This document shows positions 41,486-52,282 of a stretch of DNA of 64,000 bases, one piece after another. Every line of letters begins with the position of its first letter. Position 1 is the stretch's first letter. Source of the DNA: Calditrichales bacterium (GTDB lineage Bacteria > Calditrichota > Calditrichia > Calditrichales > J004); contig OZ254086.1 in the NCBI GenBank assembly GCA_965267575.1, forward strand, positions 1,024,001 through 1,088,000, in the 5' to 3' direction. The position numbers and the translations under genes were made by a program. The notes beneath the pieces are model-generated. The model did no database searches and was not told the DNA's origin. It worked only from the letters and a program-made list of their open reading frames with translations.

Positions 41486-42106
41486 TTACTCCGCCTTGAT
41501 GTCATCACTGTCAATTATGTGACAGCCTTTTTCTTTCATTTCTTCGATTGCTTTTTCGGCATCACCTTCATTCATGTTAACGGCCCGCACACCATCCTTA
41601 ACGATGTAAGTTTCAAAGCCCAGTTCGCGGGCATCCAGTGCACTGAATTTTATACAATAATCCGTCGCCAGTCCACACATGTAAACGCGATCAACGCCTT
41701 TTTCTTTCAGATAGTCTCCAAGGCCGGTCGCCTTGCGGTGGCCGTTATCAAAAAAACCGCTGTAGCTGTCTATGTTTTTCTCCGTTCCTTTATAGAAAAC
41801 TTTATCAATTTTTTCTGTATTCAGATCTTCATGAAATTCCGCACCGTGCGTTCCTTCAACGCAATGCACCGGCCAGAGAATCTGATCCAGTCCGTCCAGA
41901 TCAATCACTTCTCCAACATCCTTGCCGGGATGGTTGGCCGCGAAACTGCCGTGATCCTCCGGGTGCGTGTCACGCGTGGCAACGATCAGGTCAAATTTAT
42001 CCTGCAGTTTGTTGGCCACGGGCACGACTTTGTCGCCGTCTTTGGCGGCCAGCGCGCCTCCAGGCATAAAATCATATTGAATGTCAATTAGTAACAGGGC
42101 TCTCAT
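41486..42106 (-). CDS. pncA: Nicotinamidase/pyrazinamidase
   Basis: IDIQYDFMPGGAL, DTHPEDH, WPVHCV, DSYSGF, GLATDYCI. Confidence 0.95.
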   Translation of the reverse strand: MRALLLIDIQYDFMPGGALAAKDGDKVVPVANKLQDKFDLIVATRDTHPEDHGSFAANHPGKDVGEVIDLDGLDQILWPVHCVEGTHGAEFHEDLNTEKIDKVFYKGTEKNIDSYSGFFDNGHRKATGLGDYLKEKGVDRVYMCGLATDYCIKFSALDARELGFETYIVKDGVRAVNMNEGDAEKAIEEMKEKGCHIIDSDDIKAE

Positions 42107-43592
42107 TCTTTTCACCTTTCTCTTTTGAAGCATGGCCGCGCGCCTCCAGCACAAGACGCGTTTTCAACTCGTGCAGCTTTTCTTCCAGACCCACGGGGTA
42201 TTGATGGGGATTTACAAATCGCTTTATTCCCCGGTGAAATTTCTTTAAGACAGCACTGCGCTTTTTGCGGATCTCCTCCAGCGAAGGTTTTTTATAAACG
42301 CATTTACCGCTACGAAAAACCGGCTGCAGTAAATCTCTTCTTTCATAGCCGTCAGAAAATGTTTTGCGTCGTGTCGCATCGACGGGATCCACTATTGTAC
42401 AACTCTCCTCGACACCGAGGCGTTCATCGTAAATGGCATCACCCTTGTATTCGCCGTCCTTTTCAAAACGGCGGATTTGCATAATGCCGGGGTTTGAAAT
42501 TTTGATTGCCTGTTCGGACAACTTGAGCTTGTATTGCCACTCACCGTTCTCGTTAAGCGCCGTCAGCTTGTACACACCGCCCAGCGCCGGCTGATCGTAA
42601 GCTGTGGCCAGTTTTGTACCCACGCCCCACACATCGATTTTGGCGTCCTGGTCATTAAGACTTAAAATAATGTGTTCATCAAGGTCGTTGCTGGCAAAAA
42701 TCTTTGCATCCTTAAAGCCCGCTTCATCCATAATGCGTCTTGCCTCAATACTCAGGTATGCCAGGTCGCCGGAGTCGAGCCGGACACCAACCATTTCGTG
42801 GCCTTTTTCGCGCAGCACTTTGCCCATTTCAACAGCGTTTTTAACACCCTGGATCGTGTCATACGTATCTACCAGGAAAATGCAGTTGTTGGGCTGTGCT
42901 TCGGCATAGGCGCGGAATGATTCCATTTCATTGTCAAAGGTCATCACCCAGCTGTGGGCATGCGTACCTTTTACCGGAATGTTATACAGCTTGCCGGCCA
43001 GCACATTGGACGTGGCCGCGCAACCGCCAATATACGCGGCCCGGCTTACGGACAATCCGCCGTCTATGCCGTGGGCGCGGCGCAAACCGAATTCCAGCAC
43101 AGGCTGATCTTTTGCCGCCTGACAAACGCGCGCTGCCTTTGTCGCAATCAGGGACTGAAAATTAAGGATTGTAAGCAGCGGCGTTTCCAGAAGCTGGCAT
43201 TGGATTATCGGGCCCTTGACCCGTATCAGCGATTCGTGCGGGAAAACCACGTCGCCCTCTTCAACGGCATCGATATCACAGCTCAACTGCAGCGCGGCCA
43301 GGTAGTCCAGGAACGCCTGATCAAAGATAGGCTTATCGTCGCTGCCCTTTAGCCCGGCAAGATATTCCAGGTCTTCATCGTTAAAGGAAAAGCGCTCCAG
43401 AAAATCGATAGCCTGCTCCAAACCGGCGGCGATGGTATACCCACCCTCAAAAGGGTTTTCCCTGAAAAAAAGACTAAAAACGGCTCGCGCGTTCCTTTTT
43501 TCAGTCTTCCAGTAACCGTAGGCCATGCTTAACTGGTAAAAGTCGGTCAGCAGAGCCAGGGAATCACGATAAAGTGTTTTCAAAATATTCAT
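42084..43592 (-). CDS. pncB: Nicotinate phosphoribosyltransferase
   Basis: LTDFYQLSM, EFGLRRAH, GTHAHSW, LVDTYD, RLDSGDL, GGVYKL. Confidence 0.95.
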   Translation of the reverse strand: MNILKTLYRDSLALLTDFYQLSMAYGYWKTEKRNARAVFSLFFRENPFEGGYTIAAGLEQAIDFLERFSFNDEDLEYLAGLKGSDDKPIFDQAFLDYLAALQLSCDIDAVEEGDVVFPHESLIRVKGPIIQCQLLETPLLTILNFQSLIATKAARVCQAAKDQPVLEFGLRRAHGIDGGLSVSRAAYIGGCAATSNVLAGKLYNIPVKGTHAHSWVMTFDNEMESFRAYAEAQPNNCIFLVDTYDTIQGVKNAVEMGKVLREKGHEMVGVRLDSGDLAYLSIEARRIMDEAGFKDAKIFASNDLDEHIILSLNDQDAKIDVWGVGTKLATAYDQPALGGVYKLTALNENGEWQYKLKLSEQAIKISNPGIMQIRRFEKDGEYKGDAIYDERLGVEESCTIVDPVDATRRKTFSDGYERRDLLQPVFRSGKCVYKKPSLEEIRKKRSAVLKKFHRGIKRFVNPHQYPVGLEEKLHELKTRLVLEARGHASKEKGEKNESPVTN

Positions 43593-43757
43593 GTTTTAGA
43601 TGGTGCACGTGTTTTAAGATAATAAACTTTAAGTCCGCTAAAAACAGTCCCTTAATTAACATTATCAAGATAGCTGCAAGGGGTTGGTCTAATAAGTAAA
43701 GTGATTAACACAAAGACGGGTGGGGGTGGCCTTATCCAGATGAAAACAACTAAAGTA

Positions 43758-44303
43758 TCAGTCTTTGGGGTAGCCCGGCCATTGCGCAAGCTGCTCTGCC
43801 TGCCACATATGGCGGCGGCTGTGGGCGGCCAGAAAAACGGCAGCGTCGCACACGCTCATTTTAACCAGCCTTGTTATGGGTGAACTGATTATAATTTTTG
43901 TGAGGTCATGCTGCTTTGAGGAATCTTCAATAGTCTTCATAAAGCGGCGGAAATCACGCACGAAACGTTCACGAACATAAGCCTGGCGCAATTCGGTTTG
44001 TGGATGAAAATTGCGGAATGTTTTCATTTTAAAGGCATAGGGTGGTTCCATGGAATAGGCAAAAACCCGTCCGCGCCAGCCGGGTGCGCATTTTTCGATA
44101 CCGCTGCCGGGAGAGGCAATGGCCAGAGCCTTGTCTATTTTTTCCTGGTAAGACACCAGCGTTTCCCGGGCATGATCAACACATTCCAGAACGGACCACT
44201 GATCCGGGCCGGGTTTCCAGCGGGCCTGTTTTTCCGTGCAGCCGTTTAGAATAGCCAGCCCCCTGTTAAGTACACTCTGATAGTCTTCGAGTAAGCGCCG
44301 CAA
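43758..44303 (-). CDS. DinB-family protein
   Basis: WKPGPDQWSVLECVDH...AHSRRHMWQA. Probable TTG start at 44303 after GGGGAGG. Confidence 0.75.
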   Translation of the reverse strand: MRRLLEDYQSVLNRGLAILNGCTEKQARWKPGPDQWSVLECVDHARETLVSYQEKIDKALAIASPGSGIEKCAPGWRGRVFAYSMEPPYAFKMKTFRNFHPQTELRQAYVRERFVRDFRRFMKTIEDSSKQHDLTKIIISSPITRLVKMSVCDAAVFLAAHSRRHMWQAEQLAQWPGYPKD

Positions 44304-44430
44304 AGTTGTTCCTCCCCTTTGGCGCACAAAATACAGCAATACCGTTTTTCTGACAACTTTCAGGATAAGCTTGGTATCACGTGCAGAATGTAAGATATTG
44401 GCCGCATGCCTTTTGCAAACAGGAGTAAAA

Positions 44431-44787
44431 ATGTACATCGCCTCTGTTATCCTTACTGCTTTTGTCGCTTTGTTACATCTCTATTTTTTGATCCTGGAAA
44501 TGTTTTTGTGGGACAAACCCGCCGGGCTTAAGGCCTTCCGCCAGACACCGGAGCAGGCCCGCGCAAGCAAAACATTGGCCGCCAATATGGGGTTGTACAA
44601 CGGTTTTCTGTCGGCCGGGCTGGTGTGGGGTATTCTAAGAGGACCTGACCAATCCGGCATTACAATCTTCTTTTTGTGCTGCGTTATTATTGCCGGCGTC
44701 TATGGCGCGCTGACCGTACACCGCAAAATACTATTCATCCAGGCATTGCCGGCGGCTATCGCGCTGCTATTTCTGCTTCTGGCTTAA
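44431..44787 (+). CDS. DUF1304-family membrane protein
   Basis: VALLHLYFLILEMFLW, LAANMGLYNGFL, IQALPA. ATG 44431 after AGGAG. Confidence 0.88.
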   Translation: MYIASVILTAFVALLHLYFLILEMFLWDKPAGLKAFRQTPEQARASKTLAANMGLYNGFLSAGLVWGILRGPDQSGITIFFLCCVIIAGVYGALTVHRKILFIQALPAAIALLFLLLA

Positions 44788-44922
44788 GACGCTAGAAAAC
44801 ATTATTTACTTCGCCGATTGAAGTTGAATAAATCGCTTTTGGTCACCTATGACGAAAGTCTGTTTTTTTTTGTTTAAACAGTTATTTTTATTCTCATAAT
44901 GTGAAAGGATGGATTTCTTTAG

Positions 44923-46692
44923 GTGGAAGAAAAGGCAAAGTTACAAGCCCTTAAAAATCTGACAGAGACCGAAAAGCGCATACTCTCTTATATCGCCCAA
45001 AATAAAACCAGCAGGGAAATCGCCAAAGCGCTTTTTGTAAGTGTGCGTACGGTGCAGAACCACCGCTACAACATCGCCCGCAAGCTGGGGTTAAAAGGGG
45101 CCAACAAACTGCTGGAGTTTGCCATCGAACAGCGCGTGGCGCTGGCGGATTTGTACGAATCCGACAAAGAGCTTAGCCCTCCCGCAGCGGCACAACACTC
45201 CGGCAGCAGAAGCGGCTGGATCTACCCGCTGGCCTTACTGCTGGTATTGATCATAATTGTGGGTGGCTTTTTTTTGCTGGAAAGTTCCGATTCCCCGGCG
45301 GCTGATCCCTTGCGAATTGCCGTTATGCCGCTGCGCATGATCGGCCCTGACAGCAGTAATGCCTACCTTGCCGACGGTTTCACCGAAGAGCTGATTACGC
45401 AGATTTCCCGTAATCCCGATTTGCGTGTCATTGCCCGAAGCTCTGTTATGCGCTATAAAAATAAACCAAGCAATATTTCTGAAATCGTAGAGCGACTGGG
45501 CGTCGGGTCCATCCTGGAAGGCAGCCTGCAAAAAGAGGGCGACCTTTTGCGTATTAACCTGCAACTGGTGGATGCGTCGAGCCGTGCCAACCTGTGGAGC
45601 CAGACCTTTGACCGCCGGCTCTCTGATATTCTTTCCGTTCAGCGCGAGATTGCCTGGCAGGTGGCCATGGCGCTGGATGTAAAGCTGTTCCTGGAAGGGC
45701 TGGAAGGCGCGGGCACAGTAGACAGGGTAAACGAAGAAACACAGACCGCCTACCTTAAGGGACGCTATTTTCTGAGCCGCAATACCGCTGCCGGTTTTGA
45801 GCAGGCCGGCTTGTTTTTTAAGCAGGCTCTTGCTATCGATTCCACGTTTGCCCGGGCCTGGGCCGGCTTGGCAGAGATGTACGCCTGGCAATCCAACTTT
45901 GGATTTATGGCTCCCGATGAAGCGTATCCGCAGTCACGCCGGGCGGCGCAAAAAGCGCTGAAGTATAATCCCGCGCTGGCCGAAGCACACAACTCGATGG
46001 CGGCCATTGCCCTGTTGTACGACTGGGATTTTGAGCGTGCCGAGGTCGCATTCCAAAAGGCGCTGGCTTTGAATCCCAGCCTGGCAGCGGCGCATCGTCT
46101 CTATGCCCTTTTGCATATCACGCGTGGGCACACGGAGAAGGCCGTACAGCACACCGAACGCGCCTTAAAACTGGACCCGCTTTCCTTGCTGAGTAACTCA
46201 TTTCACGGGCGGGCGCTCTATTTTGCCCGCCGTTACGGCGATGCCGTCAGCCAATATAAAAACACGCTGCAACTCGATGCCGGTTACTGGCTGGTGCACG
46301 CTTACCTTGGGGAAGCCTATCTGGAAAAAGGCGCACAGGACAGCGCGCTGGCCGCGCTCGAACAGGCCGTAAAGCTGGCGCCGCAGAATTACTCCGCGCT
46401 TGGCCGGCTTGGCTATGGCTACGCCCGTAGCGGCCGCACCGAAGAAGCCCGGCAAATCGTTAAAACACTCAAAGAACAATCGCATAAAGGCGAGCCTTTT
46501 TCTTTCCAGCTGGTGCTTATCTACGCGGCACTGGGTGAAACAGAGCAGGCCTTTGTATGGATGCAAAAAGCCTTTGAAGAGCGCCACGATTTTATGCTGG
46601 ACCTGCAAAGCGATCCCAAACTCGATCCCCTGCGTGATGATCCGCGCTATAAAGATTTCCTTTTAAAAATGGGCTTGTTCCAACCTTCCTGA
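44923..46692 (+). CDS. Membrane-anchored regulator: LuxR-type HTH, TM helix, TolB-like domain, TPR repeats
   Basis: LTETEKRIL...TSREIAKALFVSVRTVQNHRYNIARKLG; TM LALLLVLIIIVGGFFLL; IAVMPL...ADGFTEELI...LRVIARSS; TPRs; DPLRDDPRY tail. Confidence 0.88.
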   Translation: MEEKAKLQALKNLTETEKRILSYIAQNKTSREIAKALFVSVRTVQNHRYNIARKLGLKGANKLLEFAIEQRVALADLYESDKELSPPAAAQHSGSRSGWIYPLALLLVLIIIVGGFFLLESSDSPAADPLRIAVMPLRMIGPDSSNAYLADGFTEELITQISRNPDLRVIARSSVMRYKNKPSNISEIVERLGVGSILEGSLQKEGDLLRINLQLVDASSRANLWSQTFDRRLSDILSVQREIAWQVAMALDVKLFLEGLEGAGTVDRVNEETQTAYLKGRYFLSRNTAAGFEQAGLFFKQALAIDSTFARAWAGLAEMYAWQSNFGFMAPDEAYPQSRRAAQKALKYNPALAEAHNSMAAIALLYDWDFERAEVAFQKALALNPSLAAAHRLYALLHITRGHTEKAVQHTERALKLDPLSLLSNSFHGRALYFARRYGDAVSQYKNTLQLDAGYWLVHAYLGEAYLEKGAQDSALAALEQAVKLAPQNYSALGRLGYGYARSGRTEEARQIVKTLKEQSHKGEPFSFQLVLIYAALGETEQAFVWMQKAFEERHDFMLDLQSDPKLDPLRDDPRYKDFLLKMGLFQPS

Positions 46693-46706
46693 CGCCTAAA
46701 CCCGCC

Positions 46707-46750
46707 ATTTGAGTAGATCTACTCAGGCTCAATTTGAGTAGTTTGCTCTA
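46707..46750 (+). promoter_or_regulatory. Putative LuxR/NarL-type operator pair
   Basis: Perfect palindrome TGAGTAGATCTACTCA (46710-46725) and a degenerate copy TGAGTAGTTTGCTCTA (46735-46750). Confidence 0.65.
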
Positions 46751-46809
46751 TTTTATTGACCCCTTCTCCTTCTTTAATTGCAAGCGGCATCAACAGAAAG
46801 GAGAAAGGT

Positions 46810-47220
46810 ATGATCCCAAAAACAATCTTATTGCTCTGCCTGGCGCTGGCTCTGTCCTGTATGAGCAGGCAGCCCGCCAATCCGGCGCCGGAATCCATTA
46901 TTGGCGTGTGGGAGTACGTGGAAGATGACGTCCTGCAGGATGTGCGCGGTATGTCCTTTTTTACGGAAAAGCATTTTGCCTTCGTGGTGAATTTTAGCCG
47001 CGGGGACAGTGCAGGCGCTGCCGAAATATTAGCCCACTCCGGCACCTACAGCATGCAGGGTTCTATTGTTACCGCGCAGATAAAATATTCACACAACCCG
47101 GCGTTGATCGGCCAGAATATCCGCTGGGTTCATGGTGTGGATAATAACCGCGCCACATATAAAGTACTGGACAAAAACGGTACCGTCGTAGAAAGCGGCA
47201 GCGTACGACGCCTGGAATAA
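46810..47220 (+). CDS. Small lipoprotein, possibly lipocalin-like
   Basis: MIPKTILLLCLALALSC lipobox; IIGVWEY and SGTY motifs. Confidence 0.7.
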   Translation: MIPKTILLLCLALALSCMSRQPANPAPESIIGVWEYVEDDVLQDVRGMSFFTEKHFAFVVNFSRGDSAGAAEILAHSGTYSMQGSIVTAQIKYSHNPALIGQNIRWVHGVDNNRATYKVLDKNGTVVESGSVRRLE

Positions 47221-47230
47221 GGAGGAGATC

Positions 47231-49288
47231 ATGAAAAAGGTAATCTTTTATATTTTAGCACTTATGTTAATGCCGATTTGTTTATCGGCGCAGCAAACCT
47301 ACAGCTTTCAAAGCGGCAATGACGGCAACTGGTCCAACGGAGCACAGTGGACACCAACCGGCGTACCGGGTCCGGCCGACACCGCTATTGTGATAGATGG
47401 CGAAGTCTTTATTGATTCAGCATTCACCGTGGCCCGCCTCGTTTTACAGGGAACGGCTGATCTCTCAGGCAGCGATACATTGACTATCACCAGTTCCTTT
47501 GACTGGGAGCGCGCCATCCTGGATGGCTCCGCGGCGATCGTGGTCGAAGAAGGTGCTGCGCTGACCATTGACAGCCCCGACTTCAAACAGTTGAAAGGCG
47601 ATTTTACACTGATCAACAAAGGCGTTGGTTTGTGGAAAAACGGTCGTTTGTCCAACTCCGGCAGCAGTTGTGCCTTCATAAACAAAGGGACACTCACCTT
47701 GTCGAATTTTTCCAACAGCCGTGTGTTCAACAACGGCCATTTCCTGAACGAAGGCACCTTTATCTATGATGTGGATAAGGAAGGGACTTTTTTCGGAGAC
47801 ATCCAAAACAACGGTGAAATAACTGTAAAAAGGGGTCTTCTTGAGGTGGGACAGGCAAGCGGGAGTGTGGTTGATGACGGCGACTATACGGTTGAGTCCG
47901 GCGCCCGTTTGGCTTTTGGCTTTGGCAGCGGCGAGCGAATTTTGTCCGGCCTTTCTAATGTGGATGCCACCAATGGATCATTGGAATTTAATCGCGGGAC
48001 AATTTCCATAAACGGCGCCTTTTCTGCCGATTCCGTTTTTATGACAGGAACAGGAGCCAACGTTGATTTTGACAACGACATTGACGTGAACTACATGGAG
48101 TTGAGCAGCGGAAGCATCCGCGGAAGCGGGACAGTCACTGTTACCGGGCAAATGGACTGGAGCGCCGGTACCATGCGCGAAGCGGGCACTACACATATTG
48201 CGCAAGGCGCGGTTATGAATTTTGTAAACAACGGTTTGATTAACATGGCCGAAGAACGCATCCTGATGTTGGAAGGAGAGACCAATTGGAATGGCGGCGG
48301 TAGTCTGAGCGGCGTGGGCAATATTTATAATTACGGCGCGTTTAGTTTCAATTCCGGTGCAGATTTTGAACCCACGACATTTATCAATCACGGGCATGTT
48401 AAAGTAACCAGTGACGGCATAGAGGCTTTTACAAGAGCCGTCAACCACGGGTTAGTCGAAGTTCAATCCGGCTATTTAAACTGGCACAACAAAAGCCAGA
48501 CAAGCGTTGTAGATTCCGGAGAATTTAATGTGCATGCCGGGGCGCAGCTTCATTTCGCAGACGGCAGCCGTGTTTTGGCCCGCTCCTCCATCCTCTCCGG
48601 AAACGGTGTGACAGGAAAAACAGGCACCGGTGAATTTGCCTTTCACGGCTCTGTCCGTCCTGACTCCGCGCTGGTAGCCGCCAGCAGCGGTGAGCTGACC
48701 TTTGCCGGTGACCTGGCACTTGATGACAGCAGCGTGACGCTGATTGAGATTGGCGGCTATACGCCTGCCGGCGAGTACGATGTATTCCGGACGAACGGTC
48801 TTTTAAACATCGCCGGCACACTGGAATTAAGTTTTATAGCGAATTTTATACCGGCACTCAACGATACGTTTAGCGTACTTCGCGCCGATTCACTCGCCGG
48901 CATATTTGCGGAGATCAGGACCCCACCGGGCTATGAGGCCGAGGCAGAATACCTGAACGACCGTGTCCGTGTATCCATAACACAAATCGCCACGGATATG
49001 GAGAGCCCAACGGTGATCGTCCCGCAAAAACCCGCGCTGCTGCCGGCTTATCCTAATCCTTTCAACCCGCGCACAACGATTGCTTTGCAGGTAGCACAAA
49101 CCGCTGATGTTACGGTGCAGGTTGTGGACCAACTGGGCCGACGGGTGGCTGTGCTTTACAATGGTCGCATGGAAGCCGGACAGCATAATTTATATTTCGA
49201 TGGCACACGGCTGGCCAGCGGTGTCTACTTTGTCCAAATGAAGGCAGGCCCGTTTTTACAAACGCGTAAAATTGTTCTTTTAAAATAA
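47231..49288 (+). CDS. Secreted Gly/Asn-rich beta-helix-like protein with C-terminal sorting domain
   Basis: Signal peptide; GNWSNGAQWTPTGVPG; repeated F(I/L)NxG strands; AYPNPFNP...LASGVYF...KIVLLK. Confidence 0.78.
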   Translation: MKKVIFYILALMLMPICLSAQQTYSFQSGNDGNWSNGAQWTPTGVPGPADTAIVIDGEVFIDSAFTVARLVLQGTADLSGSDTLTITSSFDWERAILDGSAAIVVEEGAALTIDSPDFKQLKGDFTLINKGVGLWKNGRLSNSGSSCAFINKGTLTLSNFSNSRVFNNGHFLNEGTFIYDVDKEGTFFGDIQNNGEITVKRGLLEVGQASGSVVDDGDYTVESGARLAFGFGSGERILSGLSNVDATNGSLEFNRGTISINGAFSADSVFMTGTGANVDFDNDIDVNYMELSSGSIRGSGTVTVTGQMDWSAGTMREAGTTHIAQGAVMNFVNNGLINMAEERILMLEGETNWNGGGSLSGVGNIYNYGAFSFNSGADFEPTTFINHGHVKVTSDGIEAFTRAVNHGLVEVQSGYLNWHNKSQTSVVDSGEFNVHAGAQLHFADGSRVLARSSILSGNGVTGKTGTGEFAFHGSVRPDSALVAASSGELTFAGDLALDDSSVTLIEIGGYTPAGEYDVFRTNGLLNIAGTLELSFIANFIPALNDTFSVLRADSLAGIFAEIRTPPGYEAEAEYLNDRVRVSITQIATDMESPTVIVPQKPALLPAYPNPFNPRTTIALQVAQTADVTVQVVDQLGRRVAVLYNGRMEAGQHNLYFDGTRLASGVYFVQMKAGPFLQTRKIVLLK

Positions 49289-49300
49289 CCCCTTGTCTCG

Positions 49301-49328
49301 AAGCCCGGCGCGGTCCGGGCTTTTTTTT
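49301..49328 (+). terminator. Intrinsic terminator
   Basis: AAGCCCGG-cgcggt-CCGGGC-TTTTTTTT. Confidence 0.85.
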
Positions 49329-49412
49329 GTCTAGAAACCTGCGGTTTTCTACAAAACGTCTATCTTTGTCCGTATATTACCCTGAACTATTAATTTTGTA
49401 AGGCGGTAATGT

Positions 49413-52235
49413 ATGCGACGTTTTTATGGTAATACAGCACGAATGCTGTTATTTGGATTTCTTGTTTTTCTCATTTCCATGTCCGGCACAGCGCTGGGCC
49501 AAACCTACCTGGACAGCACGGCGGCGATAGATGCGCGCGTGGAAGATCTGCTTTCACGGATGACGCTACAGGAGAAAATTGGTCAGATGACGCAGGCTGA
49601 ACGGAACGCGTTGTCTTTAAACAGTGACATAAAGGATTTCTTTTTGGGATCGCTGTTAAGTGGCGGCGGTTCTGCACCGGCCAATAATTCGGCATCGGGT
49701 TGGGCCGATATGTACGATACCTACCAGGCCGAAGCACTTAAAACGCGGCTGGGCATTCCGCTTATTTACGGTATAGACGCCGTGCACGGTCATAACAACG
49801 TTAAAGGCGCAGTTATTTTCCCGCACAATATCGGTTTGGGCGCCACGCGAAATCCGGAGCTGGTTAAGGAAGTATCGCGCATAACCGCGTTGGAGGTGGC
49901 GGCCACCGGCATCGACTGGACTTTTGCGCCCTGTATTGCCGTGCCACGTAATATCCGCTGGGGTCGAACCTACGAAGGATTCGGCGAAACACCTGAACTG
50001 CAAAGTATGATGGCCGGGCCCGCCGTCACAGGTTTACAGGGCGACAGCCTCAACCATCCCCGCTCCGTTCTGGCCTGCGCCAAGCACTTTATTGCCGATG
50101 GCGGCACCACCGACGGTATCGACCAGGGCAATACGCAAATCGATGAAGAAACGTTACGCAGCATACACCTGCCCGGCTATATCGACGCTATTGAAGCGGG
50201 CGTTGGCACCATCATGGCCTCTTACAGCAGCTGGAATGGCCAAAAGTTGCACGGACATAAATACCTGCTAACCGACCTGCTTAAAGATGAGCTTGGATTT
50301 AAGGGGTTTGTTATCTCCGACTGGGCTGGCATTGACCAGTTGCCCGGTGATTACCGTAGCGATGTCAAGCAATCCATTAACGCCGGCGTGGACATGGTAA
50401 TGACACCCTACAATTATGAGGAATTTATCAGCACCCTAACCTCGCTGGTCAATTCCGGCGAAGTGACACAGGAGCGCATTGATGATGCCGTTCGCCGTAT
50501 CCTGTACCAGAAATTTGCGCTGGGGCTTTTTGAACAACCCTACACCGACCGCAGCCTCACCAGCTACCTTGGTATCGCGCCGCACCGCGAAGTGGGCCGC
50601 CAGGCCGTGCGTGAATCGATGGTGTTGTTAGCCAAAAAAGACGGTGCTCTGCCGCTGGAGAAAGACGGCCGGAAAATATTGGTCGCAGGACGCCACGCCG
50701 ATAACCTCGGTTTTCAATGTGGAGGTTGGAGCATCTTTTGGCAGGGTGGCAGCGGAAATATTACAACCGGAACAACAATTCTTAAAGCTATTGAAAACGG
50801 CGCGGGCAGCTCGCAGGTAGTGTTTAGCGAAGATGGCAGCGAAGGCACAGATGCCGATGTTGCCGTTGTCGTAATCGGCGAAGAGCCTTATGCGGAAGGA
50901 GCAGGCGACAGGGACGATCTGTCGCTTAATAAAAACGATGTGAATCTGGTGCAGGAGCTTTACGGTTATGGCATGAAGGTAGTGGTTGTGCTTATCTCCG
51001 GGCGCCCGATGCTTATCGACAATATTTTGCCCTACAGCGATGCTGTTTTAGCGGCCTGGTTGCCGGGCACGGAAGGTCAGGGTGTGGCCGATATCCTGTT
51101 TGGCGATTTTCAGCCTACCGGGAAGCTGGGCCATACATGGCCGCGCTCCATGGAGCAGGTGCCGCTCAATCTTGGTGATACAGACTACGATCCGCTTTTT
51201 GCGTATGATCATGGTCTGCAATCAGCAGAGGATGATCCCGAGGGCACGGCCCCTCAATTCTACGCCGGCGCCGTATCGCAAACGGCTACTTTTATCACCG
51301 TCGCCTTTACGCGTGCCATTGACATATCCCAATCCAATACATCGCAATTCGTTATCACGGTTAACGGTAGCGCCGCGAACGTCACATCCCTTGCATTATA
51401 CGACGATCTGACATTGCGTCTCGATTTATCTGCGTCTCTGTCCGCCGGCGATATCATTAAGCTGGAATATAACGGAAGCGGACTTAAGTCTGCCGATGGA
51501 GCCACGGTTGCCCCGTTTGGCCCCGTTGATATCTATAACCTTCTCGATGAAAACGCTGCCGCAACTCTGCCTGGAAAAATTGAGGCGGAAGACTGGCTGG
51601 ATATGGAAGGCGTGGCCACGGAAAACTGCACTGATATCGGCGGCGGTTTGAATGTAGGCTGGATAGATGCCGGCGACTGGATGACCTATCGTGTTTCTGC
51701 TTCAGCAGCCGGTGAGTACACGATGAAATACCGCGTAGCCAGCCTGAGCAATAGTGGTAGTGCGGCGGCTTATGCCGACGATGCCTTTTTAGCAACCACC
51801 TCTTTCCCTATTACGGGAGGATGGCAAACATGGACCACCGTGGAGCAAAACGTAACACTGGCGGCCGGTGAGCAAATCTTAAAAATAGTATGCATTGATG
51901 GCGGCTTTAATATTAACTGGATTGAATTTGAAGCGCTCTCGACCACAATCAGTGATCCGGAAATAGTGCCTCTATCGACGGCATTAATGCAAAACTACCC
52001 CAACCCGTTTAACCCGGTCACGGAAATACCTTTGCAGCTAAGCCAAAGCCAGGTTGTGGAAGTGCTTGTATTTGACCAGCTTGGGAACCGGGTTGCTACA
52101 GTTTTCAAGGGACATTTAAACGCGGGATCGCATACGTTAAGATTTGACGCTTCTGAACTGGCAAGCGGCATTTACTACTACCGCCTCAAGGCGGGTGCAA
52201 AGCTCCAGACGCGAAAAATGGTTCTGTTGAAATAG
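49413..52235 (+). CDS. Secreted GH3 beta-glucosidase with a CBM6-like module and C-terminal sorting domain
   Basis: [43 protein letters not shown]...VGWIDAGDW...TGGWQTW...[16 protein letters not shown]. Confidence 0.92.
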   Translation: MRRFYGNTARMLLFGFLVFLISMSGTALGQTYLDSTAAIDARVEDLLSRMTLQEKIGQMTQAERNALSLNSDIKDFFLGSLLSGGGSAPANNSASGWADMYDTYQAEALKTRLGIPLIYGIDAVHGHNNVKGAVIFPHNIGLGATRNPELVKEVSRITALEVAATGIDWTFAPCIAVPRNIRWGRTYEGFGETPELQSMMAGPAVTGLQGDSLNHPRSVLACAKHFIADGGTTDGIDQGNTQIDEETLRSIHLPGYIDAIEAGVGTIMASYSSWNGQKLHGHKYLLTDLLKDELGFKGFVISDWAGIDQLPGDYRSDVKQSINAGVDMVMTPYNYEEFISTLTSLVNSGEVTQERIDDAVRRILYQKFALGLFEQPYTDRSLTSYLGIAPHREVGRQAVRESMVLLAKKDGALPLEKDGRKILVAGRHADNLGFQCGGWSIFWQGGSGNITTGTTILKAIENGAGSSQVVFSEDGSEGTDADVAVVVIGEEPYAEGAGDRDDLSLNKNDVNLVQELYGYGMKVVVVLISGRPMLIDNILPYSDAVLAAWLPGTEGQGVADILFGDFQPTGKLGHTWPRSMEQVPLNLGDTDYDPLFAYDHGLQSAEDDPEGTAPQFYAGAVSQTATFITVAFTRAIDISQSNTSQFVITVNGSAANVTSLALYDDLTLRLDLSASLSAGDIIKLEYNGSGLKSADGATVAPFGPVDIYNLLDENAAATLPGKIEAEDWLDMEGVATENCTDIGGGLNVGWIDAGDWMTYRVSASAAGEYTMKYRVASLSNSGSAAAYADDAFLATTSFPITGGWQTWTTVEQNVTLAAGEQILKIVCIDGGFNINWIEFEALSTTISDPEIVPLSTALMQNYPNPFNPVTEIPLQLSQSQVVEVLVFDQLGNRVATVFKGHLNAGSHTLRFDASELASGIYYYRLKAGAKLQTRKMVLLK

Positions 52236-52252
52236 ATTGCGTTTGTCAATCG

Positions 52253-52282
52253 AAAAGCCGGGCGGGTCAGCGCGGCTTTTTT
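52253..52282. terminator. Probable bidirectional terminator
   Basis: AAAAGCCG...CGGCTTTTTT lies between convergent genes. Confidence 0.7.
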
